A stretch of 64,000 nt of DNA from an uncultured Planctomycetaceae bacterium (GTDB lineage Bacteria; Planctomycetota; Planctomycetia; Planctomycetales; Planctomycetaceae). A program made the position numbers and the translations under genes. Shown here piece by piece: positions 1 to 10,414 of this stretch. The notes under the pieces were generated by a model that saw nothing but the letters and a program-made list of their open reading frames with translations, ran no database searches and had not been told where the DNA came from. Positions within the stretch are counted from its first letter, which is position 1; each line of letters opens with the position of its first letter. Location: positions 62,001 through 126,000 of the forward strand of contig CAXBME010000024.1 of assembly GCA_963976765.1 (NCBI GenBank), read 5' to 3'.

Positions 1-1015
1 AGTCGACAAGCTGCCCGGCATTGTGACCGAAGATCGGAGCAAACTGCGAATCCCGGTAGTACGGAAAGTGGCCGCTGGTTTCGTAAAGTTCGGCGCGACC
101 GATGTGTGGTGAGTAGACCGGCTGATAACCGCGAGCCATCAGTTCCTTTTTGATGAAGTCTTCGAGCAGCGCTCGGATCGTGGCCCCCTTCGGCAACCAG
201 AGACTCAGCCCCTGGCCGACTTCCTGGCTGATGCTGAACAGGCCGAGCTGCTTACCGAGGACTCGATGGTCGCGTCGGCGGGCTTCCTCAAGCTGGGCGA
301 GAAACTCCTTCTGGTCGTTCTTGCTGAAGAACGCAGTTCCGTACAGCCGCTGAAGATGTTTATTGTCGGCGTCTCCTTTCCAGTACGCGCCGGCAACGCT
401 CAGTAGTTTGAACGCTTTGATTCTGCCGGCGTCCGGAATGTGCGGGCCGCGGCAGAGGTCCACGAACTCGCCCTGCCGGTAGAAGCTGAGTTCACCGTGG
501 TCGGCAAGGCCGGTTTCGATGTGCTCGCACTTGAGCTCCTGATTCAGATCCCCGCAGAACTTCAGCGCTTCGTCACGGTTCATGTAGAAGCGTTCGAACG
601 GCTCGGCTTCCTTGACGATCTTCTTCATCTCGGCTTCGATCTTCGGAAAGTCGTCATCGCTGATCGGCGTTTGCAGATCGAAGTCGTAGTAGAAGCCGGT
701 GCCGGTGGTCGGTCCGAATGCCAGGCCGACGCCTTTGTAAAGCCGCATGACCGCTCGGGCCATGACGTGCGCACACGAATGACGCAGCACTCCCAGAGCG
801 GCGGCATCGCGAGTCGTGATCAGTTTTAAGTTGACCGGCTGACCGTCCACCTGAAGTTCTTCCAGCGGACGCATGGCGTCGACGATGGTGTCGTTGACTT
901 CGGCAGCGACCGTTGCCAGCGCAAGCCTTTCGCCGATCGACGCGGCGACGTCCAGAGCCGTGGTTCCGGCGTCAAATTCCTTGCTCGTTCCGTCGGGAAG
1001 GTTGACCTGAATCAT
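1..1015 (-). CDS. thrS: Threonyl-tRNA synthetase, N-terminal part (runs off window start)
   Basis: Manual translation from ATG 1015: MIQVNLPDG (TGS domain), [55 protein letters not shown]. Absent from the ORF track because it has no stop inside the window. Confidence 0.97.
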   Translation of the reverse strand, partial: MIQVNLPDGTSKEFDAGTTALDVAASIGERLALATVAAEVNDTIVDAMRPLEELQVDGQPVNLKLITTRDAAALGVLRHSCAHVMARAVMRLYKGVGLAFGPTTGTGFYYDFDLQTPISDDDFPKIEAEMKKIVKEAEPFERFYMNRDEALKFCGDLNQELKCEHIETGLADHGELSFYRQGEFVDLCRGPHIPDAGRIKAFKLLSVAGAYWKGDADNKHLQRLYGTAFFSKNDQKEFLAQLEEARRRDHRVLGKQLGLFSISQEVGQGLSLWLPKGATIRALLEDFIKKELMARGYQPVYSPHIGRAELYETSGHFPYYRDSQFAPIFGHNAGQLVD

Positions 1016-1215
1016 GATGTTGGCTTGTGTTCGTGGTTTACGGATGTGGTGAGAACGGCATCAGGAAACTGTCGCCGGATACTGATTCGGCGGTTTTTAT
1101 CGCATCGGACCGAGCCAGACCAGTACCGGTTCGGACTAAGTAATGGTCCCACGAATTAAGGATTGAAATTCGAAAGCTCAACCCACGAGTTTTTGCGAAC
1201 CGGATGACGATTCCT

Positions 1216-2628
1216 TTAGTGTTCCGGGCGGATCAGGCGAACAGCCAGAGCCAGGCGGGAGTCGTCTTCGGGGAGGACGCTGCGGATGTCGAGCAGGACT
1301 TCGTCGTTGTGAATGCGGGCAAAGACGCCGATGCGACCAGTGCGGAGCCGGACGGCCAGGTCGTCCGCTGAGAGTTTCTGATGTTTCATGGCGATGACGA
1401 CGGTGGGCAGCTCGACGGCCGGCAGCGAACCGCCGCCGACCTGAGCAACGTCGTCTCGGATACTGAGTTGCAGGCCGGGAACGTCGGCGATTTCTTCCTT
1501 GATGGCTTCCGCACGCGTTTGCAGTTCTTCGGTTGTGGCAAAGAGCATTGCCTGTGTGGGGATCTCGGACCGAGCTTCGTCGCGAACGTACGAGTCCAGC
1601 GTTGCGCCGAGCGCTGCCAGCGTCAGCTTTCCAACTCGAACGGCTCGAGCCAGTGGATGGTTGCGAATTTTTGCGACACACTCGTTAGTGCCGACGATAA
1701 TTCCGCACTGTGGACCACCGAGCAGTTTGTCTCCGCTGCCAAGTACCACGTCCGCGCCGGCGTCGATGCTGTGCTGAAAAGTTGGCTCGTAAGGAAGGCC
1801 GGCTTCTCTGGTGTCGAACATGGCTCCGCTGCCGATGTCGTCGATGGCGATGATGCCGTGCTGTCTGGCAAGAGTGAACATGTCAGCTTCGTCCGGCTTT
1901 GAAGCGAACCCGACGACGCGATAGTTCGACGGATGCACGTGCATGATCGCGGCGGTGTCCGGGCCGATGGCTTTTTCGTAGTCCTTAAGGCTGGTCCGGT
2001 TGGTCGTGCCGACTTCCCGCAGGATGACGCCGCTGAGTTCAAAGATCTCCGGCAGACGGAACGAGCCTCCGATTTCGATCAGCTCGCCGCGCGAAATAAT
2101 CACTTCCCGACCGGCTCCCAGAGCCTGCAATGTCAGCAGTGTGGCGGCTGCGTTGTTGTTAACAATGAGCGACGATTCGCAGCCGGTCAGCAACTGCAAC
2201 GTCGAGTTAAGCTGGTAACCTCGGTAACGTCGGTCGCCAGTCACGATGTCGACTTCGGCGTTGCATGCTCCAGCGGCATCCTGCAACGCCTGCTTCGCAC
2301 CTGCCGATAAAGGTGCGCGACCAAGCCCGGTGTGCAGAACGATGCCCGTCGCGTTGATAATCCCCTGCACGCGTTCGAGGTCGGCTTTCTGAGCAATCCG
2401 GGCGACGGCTTCGAGCAGTTCGATCCGCAGCAGGTCTCTGACGGCGGTCGCATCTTTGTCATCGCTCTCCTGATCAGCAGTTTGTAACTGCTTCCGCAAG
2501 GCGGCGCGTTTCTCGTCGATGGCCTGCCGAACCCACTTCGTGATGAGCAGTCGACCATGTCCGGCGCACAGTTCGAGAATTGCCGGTTGCTCCAGCAGGT
2601 CGGTGACGGACGGAAGATGTCTGAGCAT
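1216..2628 (-). CDS. selA: L-seryl-tRNA(Sec) selenium transferase
   Basis: INATGIVLHTGLGRAP, VNNNAAA, SRGELIEIGGSFRLP, EVGTTNRT, HPSNY, PLP-lysine motif SGDKLLGGPQCG, VGGGSLP. Confidence 0.95.
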   Translation of the reverse strand: MLRHLPSVTDLLEQPAILELCAGHGRLLITKWVRQAIDEKRAALRKQLQTADQESDDKDATAVRDLLRIELLEAVARIAQKADLERVQGIINATGIVLHTGLGRAPLSAGAKQALQDAAGACNAEVDIVTGDRRYRGYQLNSTLQLLTGCESSLIVNNNAAATLLTLQALGAGREVIISRGELIEIGGSFRLPEIFELSGVILREVGTTNRTSLKDYEKAIGPDTAAIMHVHPSNYRVVGFASKPDEADMFTLARQHGIIAIDDIGSGAMFDTREAGLPYEPTFQHSIDAGADVVLGSGDKLLGGPQCGIIVGTNECVAKIRNHPLARAVRVGKLTLAALGATLDSYVRDEARSEIPTQAMLFATTEELQTRAEAIKEEIADVPGLQLSIRDDVAQVGGGSLPAVELPTVVIAMKHQKLSADDLAVRLRTGRIGVFARIHNDEVLLDIRSVLPEDDSRLALAVRLIRPEH

Positions 2629-2828
2629 GGAAGACGATCGGTTTTCTGGCGTCGTGAAAGGAATCGGTCAAACTCGCTCGGCAGCTCGTTCTGGATTTTC
2701 GCGAGTCTACGTCAGCCGTTCGGCGATTTCAGCAACGGCTACTGATTTATCGACTGGCTTTGCGATCCGGCGACGCCATCGCGACAATGCTTTGAAATCA
2801 CCCTTCAGGCATTTTCAACGAGCCATTC

Positions 2829-3266
2829 ATGACCGCTCAGTTCATCACTCAGCGCCGCGTCGAGTTTTCGCATACCGACATGGCCGGAATAATCCACTTT
2901 TCGAATTACTACTTTTACATGGAAGAGGCCGAGCACGAGTTCTTCCGGTCGCTCGGCCTGAGCATCATGCAGAAGCAGTCGGACAACGTGGTGATCGGCT
3001 GGCCTCGCGTTTCGGCGAACTGCACATTCGAAGCTCCCGTCCGGTTCGAAGACGTGTTGGACATCCACGTCAACGTCGAGCGGAAGGGTGTGAAGTCGCT
3101 GACGATCCGTTATGAATTCTTCTGCGGCGATAAGCGTGTCGCTCACGGTCGAATGAAAACCGCCTGCTGCCTGTGCCGACACAACGCCCCGCTGGAATCG
3201 ATCCCGATCCCCCCCGAGTATGACAGCGTGATCCTTGAATCGACTGAACTCAGCGAAGAGTCGTGA
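2829..3266 (+). CDS. Acyl-CoA thioesterase, 4HBT/YbgC hotdog family
   Basis: RVEFSHTDMAGIIHFSNYYFYMEEAEHEF motif; 145 aa. Confidence 0.85.
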   Translation: MTAQFITQRRVEFSHTDMAGIIHFSNYYFYMEEAEHEFFRSLGLSIMQKQSDNVVIGWPRVSANCTFEAPVRFEDVLDIHVNVERKGVKSLTIRYEFFCGDKRVAHGRMKTACCLCRHNAPLESIPIPPEYDSVILESTELSEES

Positions 3267-3308
3267 GGCTCGACGACCTTATTTCAGAACAAAATTTCAG
3301 AACAAACA

Positions 3309-3366
3309 GGGTGCAGCCTGACACACCCGTGTTCGACGTCAAACGGTGGTGCGTCAAGGCGCACCC
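3309..3366. repeat. REP-like inverted pair (GGTGCGTCAAGRCGCACC family)
   Basis: gggtgcagcctgacacacc (3309-3327) and ggtgcgtcaaggcgcaccc (3348-3366) in inverted orientation; related pair at 11028-11109. Confidence 0.5.
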
Positions 3367-3381
3367 AGCGGAAATTTTTCC

Positions 3382-4089
3382 ATGACTGAACTTCAGGAAG
3401 AAGTAACTCGACCTGCGGACATCGCGTTGGCCGGTTTGGCGAAAGACTTTACCGGAGCCGCCGGACAGCTTTCGATTCTCCGCAACGTGGACCTGTCGCT
3501 AAGCCGCGGCGACGCGCTGGCTGTTACTGGCCCGTCGGGGTCGGGAAAAAGCACGCTGCTTTACATCGTTGGAATGCTCGACGAGCTGACTGCCGGGAAA
3601 ATCGAAGTGCTGGGCAGCGACCCCACGGGGATGTCTGAATCTGAACTGGCGAAGTTCCGTAACGAGCACATCGGCTTCATTTTTCAGGATCATCATCTGC
3701 TGCCTCAGTGTACCGTCCTTGAGAACGTGCTGATTCCGCTGCTGGCCGGGAACGGCGTCGCCGACGCGGACGAAAAGCGGGCGCGTGACCTGCTGACAAG
3801 AGTCGGCCTCGCCGACCGGGTCACGCATCGTCCCGCTCAGCTTTCCGGCGGAGAACGTCAGCGAGTCGCCGTTTGCCGAGCCCTCATTAACCAGCCGGAA
3901 ATCCTGCTGGCCGACGAGCCCACGGGAAACCTCGATCACGCTACCGCCGACGCCGTTGGTGACTTACTGCTGGAACTGAGCCGCGAACAGAACGTGCTGC
4001 TGATTTGCGTCACACATAGTACCGAACTCGCGAACCGATTCCCGCAACACATGGAACTCCGCGATGGCCGCCTGGAACCAGCCTCGTAG
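3382..4089 (+). CDS. ABC transporter ATP-binding protein, LolD/MacB-like
   Basis: Walker A GPSGSGKS, GFIFQDHHLL, signature LSGGERQRVA, Walker B ILLADEPTGNLD, VTH; ATG 3382 preferred over GTG 3346. Confidence 0.9.
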   Translation: MTELQEEVTRPADIALAGLAKDFTGAAGQLSILRNVDLSLSRGDALAVTGPSGSGKSTLLYIVGMLDELTAGKIEVLGSDPTGMSESELAKFRNEHIGFIFQDHHLLPQCTVLENVLIPLLAGNGVADADEKRARDLLTRVGLADRVTHRPAQLSGGERQRVAVCRALINQPEILLADEPTGNLDHATADAVGDLLLELSREQNVLLICVTHSTELANRFPQHMELRDGRLEPAS

Positions 4090-4196
4090 GTCAGGCTTCG
4101 CCTGGCTGATTTGTTGACGAAGTTAAAGCCAGATTTCGAGATCAACCTGATCAGTCACCCAATGATTTGGGAGAACTTTGTCCGGCAGAGCCTGAC

Positions 4197-5105
4197 CTAA
4201 TCCGGGTTGCACGGCGAAAGGATCAGGGCGACGCGTTCGGCGAGTTGCTGGTGGCCGGCGTTGCTCAGATGAATCGAATCCAGTGTGGCGTCCTCACTGA
4301 ATAGAACCGCCGCGAGCAGCCGTCTTGGGATGAGAATGTCGTCATATTTGATAGCGAGTTCCCGCTGTGCGTACCCGTAGCCGTTAAAGAACGGCGGCAG
4401 CGGCAGCTCAAACATGACGACGTCGCGTTCCGGTGATTGAATCTCGGCAAGCAATGCATCGAGATCGGCTCGAAACTCTGATGCCGATCGACCGCTTAGC
4501 AGATCGTTGCCACCGATTTCGACGATGACGACGCATTGCTTCGGCAGGCCATCCAGCTGTTCGAGTGCTGAACGACAGGTTGCCCCTGCCCGGGCACGGT
4601 TCGAAACCTCGACCGACGCAATCTCGTTAAGACGCGTCGGCCATGGAATATCGACTCCGTCGTTGATTCCGGCACTCAGCGAGTCACCGATAACGATAAT
4701 TGGTCGTTGTTCAGAGACTCGAATCTGGCCCGGATGATGCATGAAAATTTCGAAGACCATCGCTGCGATTGCCCCGGTGCAGAGCATCGGGCAGGGACGG
4801 AACATCAGCGGTGTCCGTGTCGCCGGATTAGCTGTTTCGCGAGGACGCTCAGCCGATTCTGGCGACGTGGGCGACTGTCGGGCGGTCATCACGAGAAGAC
4901 TGAGAAACGCGAGGGTGGCATAAGAAACCAACGGATGAGCGGTCGCGCTCGCCACGATCAAAATCCACCCGAGCAGAATCACCACCGAACCACTCCGGCG
5001 ACGCTTGCCGCCGGACACCCCGATGACAACGGCACCCGTCGCGACAGCCAGGAAGCCACTGAAAAACGCGTCTCCGCCGACAAGGTGGAAAATTACGGTA
5101 TTCAT
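4197..5105 (-). CDS. Membrane-anchored SGNH/GDSL hydrolase (TesA-like)
   Basis: Block I GDSLSAG, block III EIGGND, block V DSIH; N-terminal hydrophobic helices; ATG 5105 chosen to avoid overlap with the divergent gene. Confidence 0.85.
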   Translation of the reverse strand: MNTVIFHLVGGDAFFSGFLAVATGAVVIGVSGGKRRRSGSVVILLGWILIVASATAHPLVSYATLAFLSLLVMTARQSPTSPESAERPRETANPATRTPLMFRPCPMLCTGAIAAMVFEIFMHHPGQIRVSEQRPIIVIGDSLSAGINDGVDIPWPTRLNEIASVEVSNRARAGATCRSALEQLDGLPKQCVVIVEIGGNDLLSGRSASEFRADLDALLAEIQSPERDVVMFELPLPPFFNGYGYAQRELAIKYDDILIPRRLLAAVLFSEDATLDSIHLSNAGHQQLAERVALILSPCNPD

Positions 5106-5287
5106 GAGATTTTGCTCCCCGGCGAGCCGGTCACCGAGTGATTCCAAAACCGTTCCGCGAAATGGCTGTAAGTTGATATGCCCAAGCGTTTTGGCAAATA
5201 ATCGATGGTCTCCGCGCATCTGAAGTGCGGCCCCCCTCGAAAGACGACGATCAGCCCCCGCCGCCATCGCTTTCCCGGAGTTCTCTC

Positions 5288-7768
5288 ATGATACCGCGAC
5301 TGTCTGCAGCGATCGCCTTCTTCACTGTTTTATCGGCACAGTTCTGCATAACTTCGTTGCGGGCGGCAGACGAGCAGGCCGGGATCGAATTTTTCGAAAA
5401 GCACATCCGTCCGATTCTGGTTTCGAAGTGCTACGAGTGTCACTCCTCCAGTTCGAAAGAGCCGAAGGGAAACCTGCTGCTGGACACTCGCGAAGGGATT
5501 CGCATGGGCGGTGACTCGGGCGAAGCCGTCGTTCCCGGCCAGCTTGATGACAGTCTGCTGCTCGAAGCGATCCGCTGGGAAGGGCTGGAGATGCCACCCG
5601 ACGAGCCGCTTCCAGCAGAGACGATCGCGAAGTTTGAGCAGTGGATCAAAATGGGAGCGCAGGATCCTCGCGACGGAAAGGCCGCGTTGATCCGTCGCGA
5701 AATCAATTTTGAAAAGGCTCGCGACTTCTGGGCGTTCAGGCCGATCACGAATCCAGAGCCGCCAGCCTCGAAAAGTAAGTGGGCACTCACGGAAGTTGAC
5801 CACTTCGTCGCTGCGAAGCAGGAATCACGCGGGTTGAAGCCAACGGGCGATGCTTTGCCGGAAACGCTGGCTCGTAGAATCTACTTCGATCTGATCGGAC
5901 TGCCGCCGAGTGTTGAGCAGACCTCTGCGTTCAAAGTCGCCGCCGAAAAGGACATCGCCGTTGCGGTCGAAAATCTCGTTGACGAGTTGCTGGCTTCGCC
6001 GCACTTTGGAGAACGCTGGGGACGACACTGGATGGACGTTGTACGGTACGGTGAGTCGACCGGCATGGAACGAAACGCGACCTTCCCTTACGCATGGCGG
6101 TACCGCGACTGGATCATTCAGTCGTTCAACGACGACAAACCGTACGATCGTTTTATCAGAGAGCAGGTTGCTGGTGACCTGCTGCCGTACGATTCGCCGG
6201 AGCAGCGGCGCGATCAGGTACTGGCAACGGCATTCCTGGCCATCGGCCCGAAGTCGCTCAACGAAACCAACGACGAAGCTTTCGCGATGGACGTCGTCGA
6301 CGAGCAGATTGACGTCACGACGCGAGGATTCATCGGTCTGACGGCATCGTGCGCACGATGCCACGATCACAAGTTCGACCCGATTCCTCAGAAAGAGTAT
6401 TACGCACTCGCTGGCATCTTTCGCAGCACGGAAACGTTCTACGGAACCGACGCCACCAACGGGAATCGTAATCCGAGTCGGCTGGTGAGCATCGCTGCGG
6501 ACGGAAAGGTGACTCAGATTGCGACCAAGGGCACCGGCAAGGGGTCGTCAACCGCCGTTGTTGAGAAGCAGCTCAAAGCCGAGTGGGCAAAATTAAGGAA
6601 GCTCGAAGTTCAGCTGAATAAGAATCCCAGCGTTCAAAACATCCGCATCCAGCGAGACAAATCCGAGGACCGAGTCCAGCAGCTTTCAAAACGGCTCAAA
6701 CAGCAAAAGGCAGAAGCCGCCACGACCGAAGATGGTACTCAAACAATGGCTGTGCTGGACGCGGCATCGCCCGACGACACGGAACTGCGAATTCGCGGTG
6801 AAGCTAACGATCGAGGCGACACTGTGACGAGAGGTTTTCTGACGATCGGCAGCGTCGGACACATTCCGGAACTCGACAGCTCAACCAGCGGGCGGCTTGC
6901 TCTGGCCGAGTGGCTGACTCAGGACGACAACCCGTTGACCGCTCGCATTGCTGTGAACCGAATCTGGCAGCATCTATTCGGACGCGGACTCGTCGCGACC
7001 GTCGACAATTTTGGAGCGAACGGCGATCGACCGACGCATCCGGAGTTGCTCGACTGGCTGGCTTCGGATTTCAAAGCCAACGGCTGGTCAGTCAAACGCA
7101 CGATTCGGAGCATCATGACCAGCCGCGTTTATCGACTGGGCGGCGAGCGAAGCGCGGACGCTGAAGAGATCGACCCGGCCAACGACCTGCTCTGGCGAGC
7201 CAATCATCGTCGGCTCGAAGCCGAGTCGATCCGCGACGCGATGCTCGTCGTCAGCGGAAAGCTCGATGTCACACCAGCGAATGGCTCCGCAGTTCTGGAC
7301 GCCGGGAATGGCATCATCGGTCGAAACCTGCAAACCAGCAAATTTGACTCAGACAACACGAAACGCAGTGTTTATCTGCCGATCGTTCGCGGCTACGTCC
7401 CGGAAATACTGAAAGTCTTCGACTTTCCTGAACCGAGTATGATTTACGGGAGCCGCGACGTGACGACGGTCGCGACGCAGGCACTTTACATGATGAACAG
7501 CGACTTCGTCACCGCTCAGGCTGAAGCGTTTGCCCAACGCCTGCTCGACGACGGCGACCTGACTGACAATGGTCGTGTGGATCGAGCATGGCAAATGGCT
7601 CTGGCACGATTGCCGTCTGAGCCCGAGCGAAACGACGCTCTAACCTTTGTCACTCAGACATCACAATCCTTTGAAAGCAGCGAGTCGGATTCAGTCAGGC
7701 AGAAAAAGGCGTGGACCAGCCTCGCTCAATCCCTGTTTGCCAGTGCCGAATTCCGATACGTCGAGTAA
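5288..7768 (+). CDS. Planctomycete cytochrome c + DUF1549 + DUF1553 (PSD1) protein
   Basis: Signal peptide, [86 protein letters not shown]. Confidence 0.92.
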   Translation: MIPRLSAAIAFFTVLSAQFCITSLRAADEQAGIEFFEKHIRPILVSKCYECHSSSSKEPKGNLLLDTREGIRMGGDSGEAVVPGQLDDSLLLEAIRWEGLEMPPDEPLPAETIAKFEQWIKMGAQDPRDGKAALIRREINFEKARDFWAFRPITNPEPPASKSKWALTEVDHFVAAKQESRGLKPTGDALPETLARRIYFDLIGLPPSVEQTSAFKVAAEKDIAVAVENLVDELLASPHFGERWGRHWMDVVRYGESTGMERNATFPYAWRYRDWIIQSFNDDKPYDRFIREQVAGDLLPYDSPEQRRDQVLATAFLAIGPKSLNETNDEAFAMDVVDEQIDVTTRGFIGLTASCARCHDHKFDPIPQKEYYALAGIFRSTETFYGTDATNGNRNPSRLVSIAADGKVTQIATKGTGKGSSTAVVEKQLKAEWAKLRKLEVQLNKNPSVQNIRIQRDKSEDRVQQLSKRLKQQKAEAATTEDGTQTMAVLDAASPDDTELRIRGEANDRGDTVTRGFLTIGSVGHIPELDSSTSGRLALAEWLTQDDNPLTARIAVNRIWQHLFGRGLVATVDNFGANGDRPTHPELLDWLASDFKANGWSVKRTIRSIMTSRVYRLGGERSADAEEIDPANDLLWRANHRRLEAESIRDAMLVVSGKLDVTPANGSAVLDAGNGIIGRNLQTSKFDSDNTKRSVYLPIVRGYVPEILKVFDFPEPSMIYGSRDVTTVATQALYMMNSDFVTAQAEAFAQRLLDDGDLTDNGRVDRAWQMALARLPSEPERNDALTFVTQTSQSFESSESDSVRQKKAWTSLAQSLFASAEFRYVE

Positions 7769-7813
7769 CGCTTTTCCAGAACAGCCTGCAGAATACTGAC
7801 ACAGGAACACTCC

Positions 7814-9208
7814 ATGTTTGAATTCACTCGACGCAACGCTCTGAAATCCGTGTCGTGCGGATTCGGGTACATGGCCTTTGCGGGACTCGCTGCTGCGGCT
7901 TCGGCCAGGGAGCAGTCGTCTTCGAATCCGTTGCTGCCCAGGCAGCCGCACTTCGAACCGAAAGCCAAACGCGTAATCTTCCTCTGCATGCGCGGAGGAC
8001 CATCGCACGTCGACACGTTCGATTATAAACCGGCACTGAAGAAGCACGAGGGCGAGGCTCCCGGTGGCGAAGCAGGAGGGCAGAATTCGCAGAAGGGACG
8101 CAAGCTGCTTTCGTCGCCCTGGGAATTCAAGCCGCACGGCGACAGCGGGCTGCTGATCTCTGACCTGTACCCGCACCTGGCAAAACATGCCGACGACCTG
8201 TGCGTGATCAACGGAGCCTGGACGGACATCCCGAATCATCCTCAGGCGCTGGTACAGCTTCACACGGGCAATTTTCAGTTCGTCCGTCCGTCGATGGGGG
8301 CGTGGGCGTTGTACGGTCTCGGAACCGAAAACCAGGACCTGCCCGGCTTCATCACGATCAAGCCGCCAGCTCGCCTGGGTGGTGCTCAGAATTATGGCTC
8401 CGCATTTCTGCCGGCGGTTTACCAGGGAACCCGGATCGGTGAGCAGGGCGACTCGCTGAGCAAAGTTCAGATCGGCAACATCAGCAACTCGCAACTTCCC
8501 GAAGATGTCCAGCGAAAGCAGATCGACTTCGTGCAGGCGCTGAATCGGAACCTCGCGGATCGACAGCCGCTGAATTCTCAGATCGACGGCGTGATCGAAT
8601 CCTACGAACTCGCCTTCCGGATGCAGTCAGCAGTGCCTCAGGTGATGGATACGTCGAGCGAAACATTGCAGACTCAGAAGAAGTACGGCATTGGCAAGGG
8701 ACTGACCGACGACTTTGGTCGAGCGTGCCTGATGGCTCGTCGCTTTGCCGAATCCGGCGTGCGGTTTATCGAGCTGACTCACGAAGGCTGGGACCAGCAC
8801 AAGAGTCTGCAATCAAAATTGACGTCCAACTGCGGCGCGACCGATCAGCCGATCGCAGCGTTAATCTCTGACCTCAAAGAACGAGACATGCTGAAGGACA
8901 CGCTGATTGTCTGGAGTGGTGAGTTCGGTCGAACTCCCGCCGTCCGTAACCAGGACGGTCGAGACCATAATGCCACAGGATTCTCCATGTGGATGGCCGG
9001 TGGCGGAGTCAAAGGCGGCATGAATTACGGGGCGACCGACGAGTTCGGAATCTCAGCGGTCGAGAACAGGTTCCACGTCCATGACTTCCACGCCACGACG
9101 TTGCACCTGCTCGGCCTGGACCACACAAAACTTACCTACCGCTATGCCGGTCGGGATTTCAGACTGACCGACGTCTACGGAAAAGTGGCCGACGATATTC
9201 TCAGCTGA
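7814..9208 (+). CDS. DUF1501 domain protein (Tat-type leader)
   Basis: TRRNAL twin-arginine leader, AKRVIFLCMRGGPSHVDTFDYKP, WDQH, GEFGRTP, GRDH, RLTDVYG. Confidence 0.92.
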   Translation: MFEFTRRNALKSVSCGFGYMAFAGLAAAASAREQSSSNPLLPRQPHFEPKAKRVIFLCMRGGPSHVDTFDYKPALKKHEGEAPGGEAGGQNSQKGRKLLSSPWEFKPHGDSGLLISDLYPHLAKHADDLCVINGAWTDIPNHPQALVQLHTGNFQFVRPSMGAWALYGLGTENQDLPGFITIKPPARLGGAQNYGSAFLPAVYQGTRIGEQGDSLSKVQIGNISNSQLPEDVQRKQIDFVQALNRNLADRQPLNSQIDGVIESYELAFRMQSAVPQVMDTSSETLQTQKKYGIGKGLTDDFGRACLMARRFAESGVRFIELTHEGWDQHKSLQSKLTSNCGATDQPIAALISDLKERDMLKDTLIVWSGEFGRTPAVRNQDGRDHNATGFSMWMAGGGVKGGMNYGATDEFGISAVENRFHVHDFHATTLHLLGLDHTKLTYRYAGRDFRLTDVYGKVADDILS

Positions 9209-9224
9209 ATCGGTATCGCCGGTT

Positions 9225-9253
9225 GAATGAATCGCTCTGGCGGCGATTCATTC
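9225..9253. terminator. Hairpin between convergent genes, possible bidirectional terminator
   Basis: Perfect 11-bp stem gaatgaatcgc / gcgattcattc with a 7-nt loop; no long U tract. Confidence 0.45.
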
Positions 9254-9300
9254 TCAGCTCCTGCGCATCGACTGCCCAGGATCAGACGTAAATTCAGTGA

Positions 9301-9777
9301 TTACTGAATTTCAGCCGCCTGAATCCCGTTAACCATCTGACGGATGTCAGTGATGTCGATGACTGCTCCCAGCAGTCGTCCGGCTCGGTCATTCTTCTGG
9401 GGGGTGATCTGAGCGCGGAACAGGATCCAGCCCGAAGAGCCGTCTCGACGAGTCACGCGGTGAACTCGCTCGTAGTTTGGAATTCCCTGGCGAACGGCGT
9501 CCTGAAGTTCCTGGCTGACGCTGTCGCGATCCTCTTCATGAATGTGCTTGAGCCATTCTGAAAAGGCGTCCGGCAGCTCCTCGTCGTTGTAGCCGAGCAT
9601 CAGCTTCAGACAGGGCGACATGTAGACGCGAGCGTCGTTGACCGGCCAGTCAAGTACGCCAACTCGAGCCTGCGACAGGATCATCGCGTGATAGTCATAC
9701 AGTGCTTCGAGATCGGCAATCGTTTCTTCGAGCACTGCTTCGCGGTCAAAAGGGGCGATCATAGGACAATCTTCCAT
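9301..9777 (-). CDS. Stand-alone PAS (PAS_3-like) domain protein
   Basis: GVLDW..VYMSP..KLMLGY..EWLKHIHEEDR..HRVTRRDGSSGWILFRA..LLGAVIDITD, a typical PAS/PAC pattern. Confidence 0.85.
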   Translation of the reverse strand: MEDCPMIAPFDREAVLEETIADLEALYDYHAMILSQARVGVLDWPVNDARVYMSPCLKLMLGYNDEELPDAFSEWLKHIHEEDRDSVSQELQDAVRQGIPNYERVHRVTRRDGSSGWILFRAQITPQKNDRAGRLLGAVIDITDIRQMVNGIQAAEIQ

Positions 9778-10348
9778 CGATACTTGAGCTGGGTGTCTCG
9801 GGGAATTACAGCCGCGTATCCATACGGCTGGGTGGCCAGTTTTCGAAGCAGCAAACGAGGTCGTTGTCTGACCAGGAATCAGGCCGTCAGTGTTGTTCCG
9901 ATTGAATCAAAGAGGGTGTCTCTTCACTTGAGCAGGGGTTCGCCCCAATGAGTGAGCCCACGATACTAAATCTTCTTCGCAAAACTGTTGTTGATCTGCG
10001 TCAACAAACCCGTTTTCTCAGACCATGTGTCGCGTTTGCGCGTTGGCCAGGAAAGGCATGCTTCGCGATCCCGATCGATCGTATCGGTCTGGGATAATGG
10101 CCAGGCTTTGACAGTGACGATTTGACAATTCGCACCGGTCACAAAGACCTTCACGCTGACTGAGAACACGCCGAATCCGAATGGGTAAGTTTCACAGTCC
10201 ATCACGGTTGGCCCGATTAGTCACGACACTGAAAGCCGTCGAGCAAAGTGACTGTTGCTTTCCTGCAGCATCCACTCCCTGTGAGCAGTCACTGCGACGA
10301 GAAATTGCAAACAGAATCCCGACACACTGCGTCTTTGGCCCTGTCAGC

Positions 10349-10389
10349 AAAAAAGCACCTCACCAACGAAATCGTTGATGAGGTGCTTT
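10349..10389 (-). terminator. Rho-independent terminator of leuCD
   Basis: Minus strand aaagcacctcatcaacg-attt-cgttggtgaggtgc-tttttt, about 25 nt after the leuD stop. Confidence 0.85.
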
Positions 10390-10414
10390 GAAAATCGCAA
10401 ACCAGTTTGCAGTC

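Noticed and set aside
440..829. 129-aa plus-strand ORF and other short ORFs in 1-1015
   Set aside because: The region is occupied by thrS on the minus strand.
1016..1215. tRNA-Sec (selC) or T-box element between selA and thrS
   Set aside because: No cloverleaf with a UCA anticodon and no T-box consensus visible.
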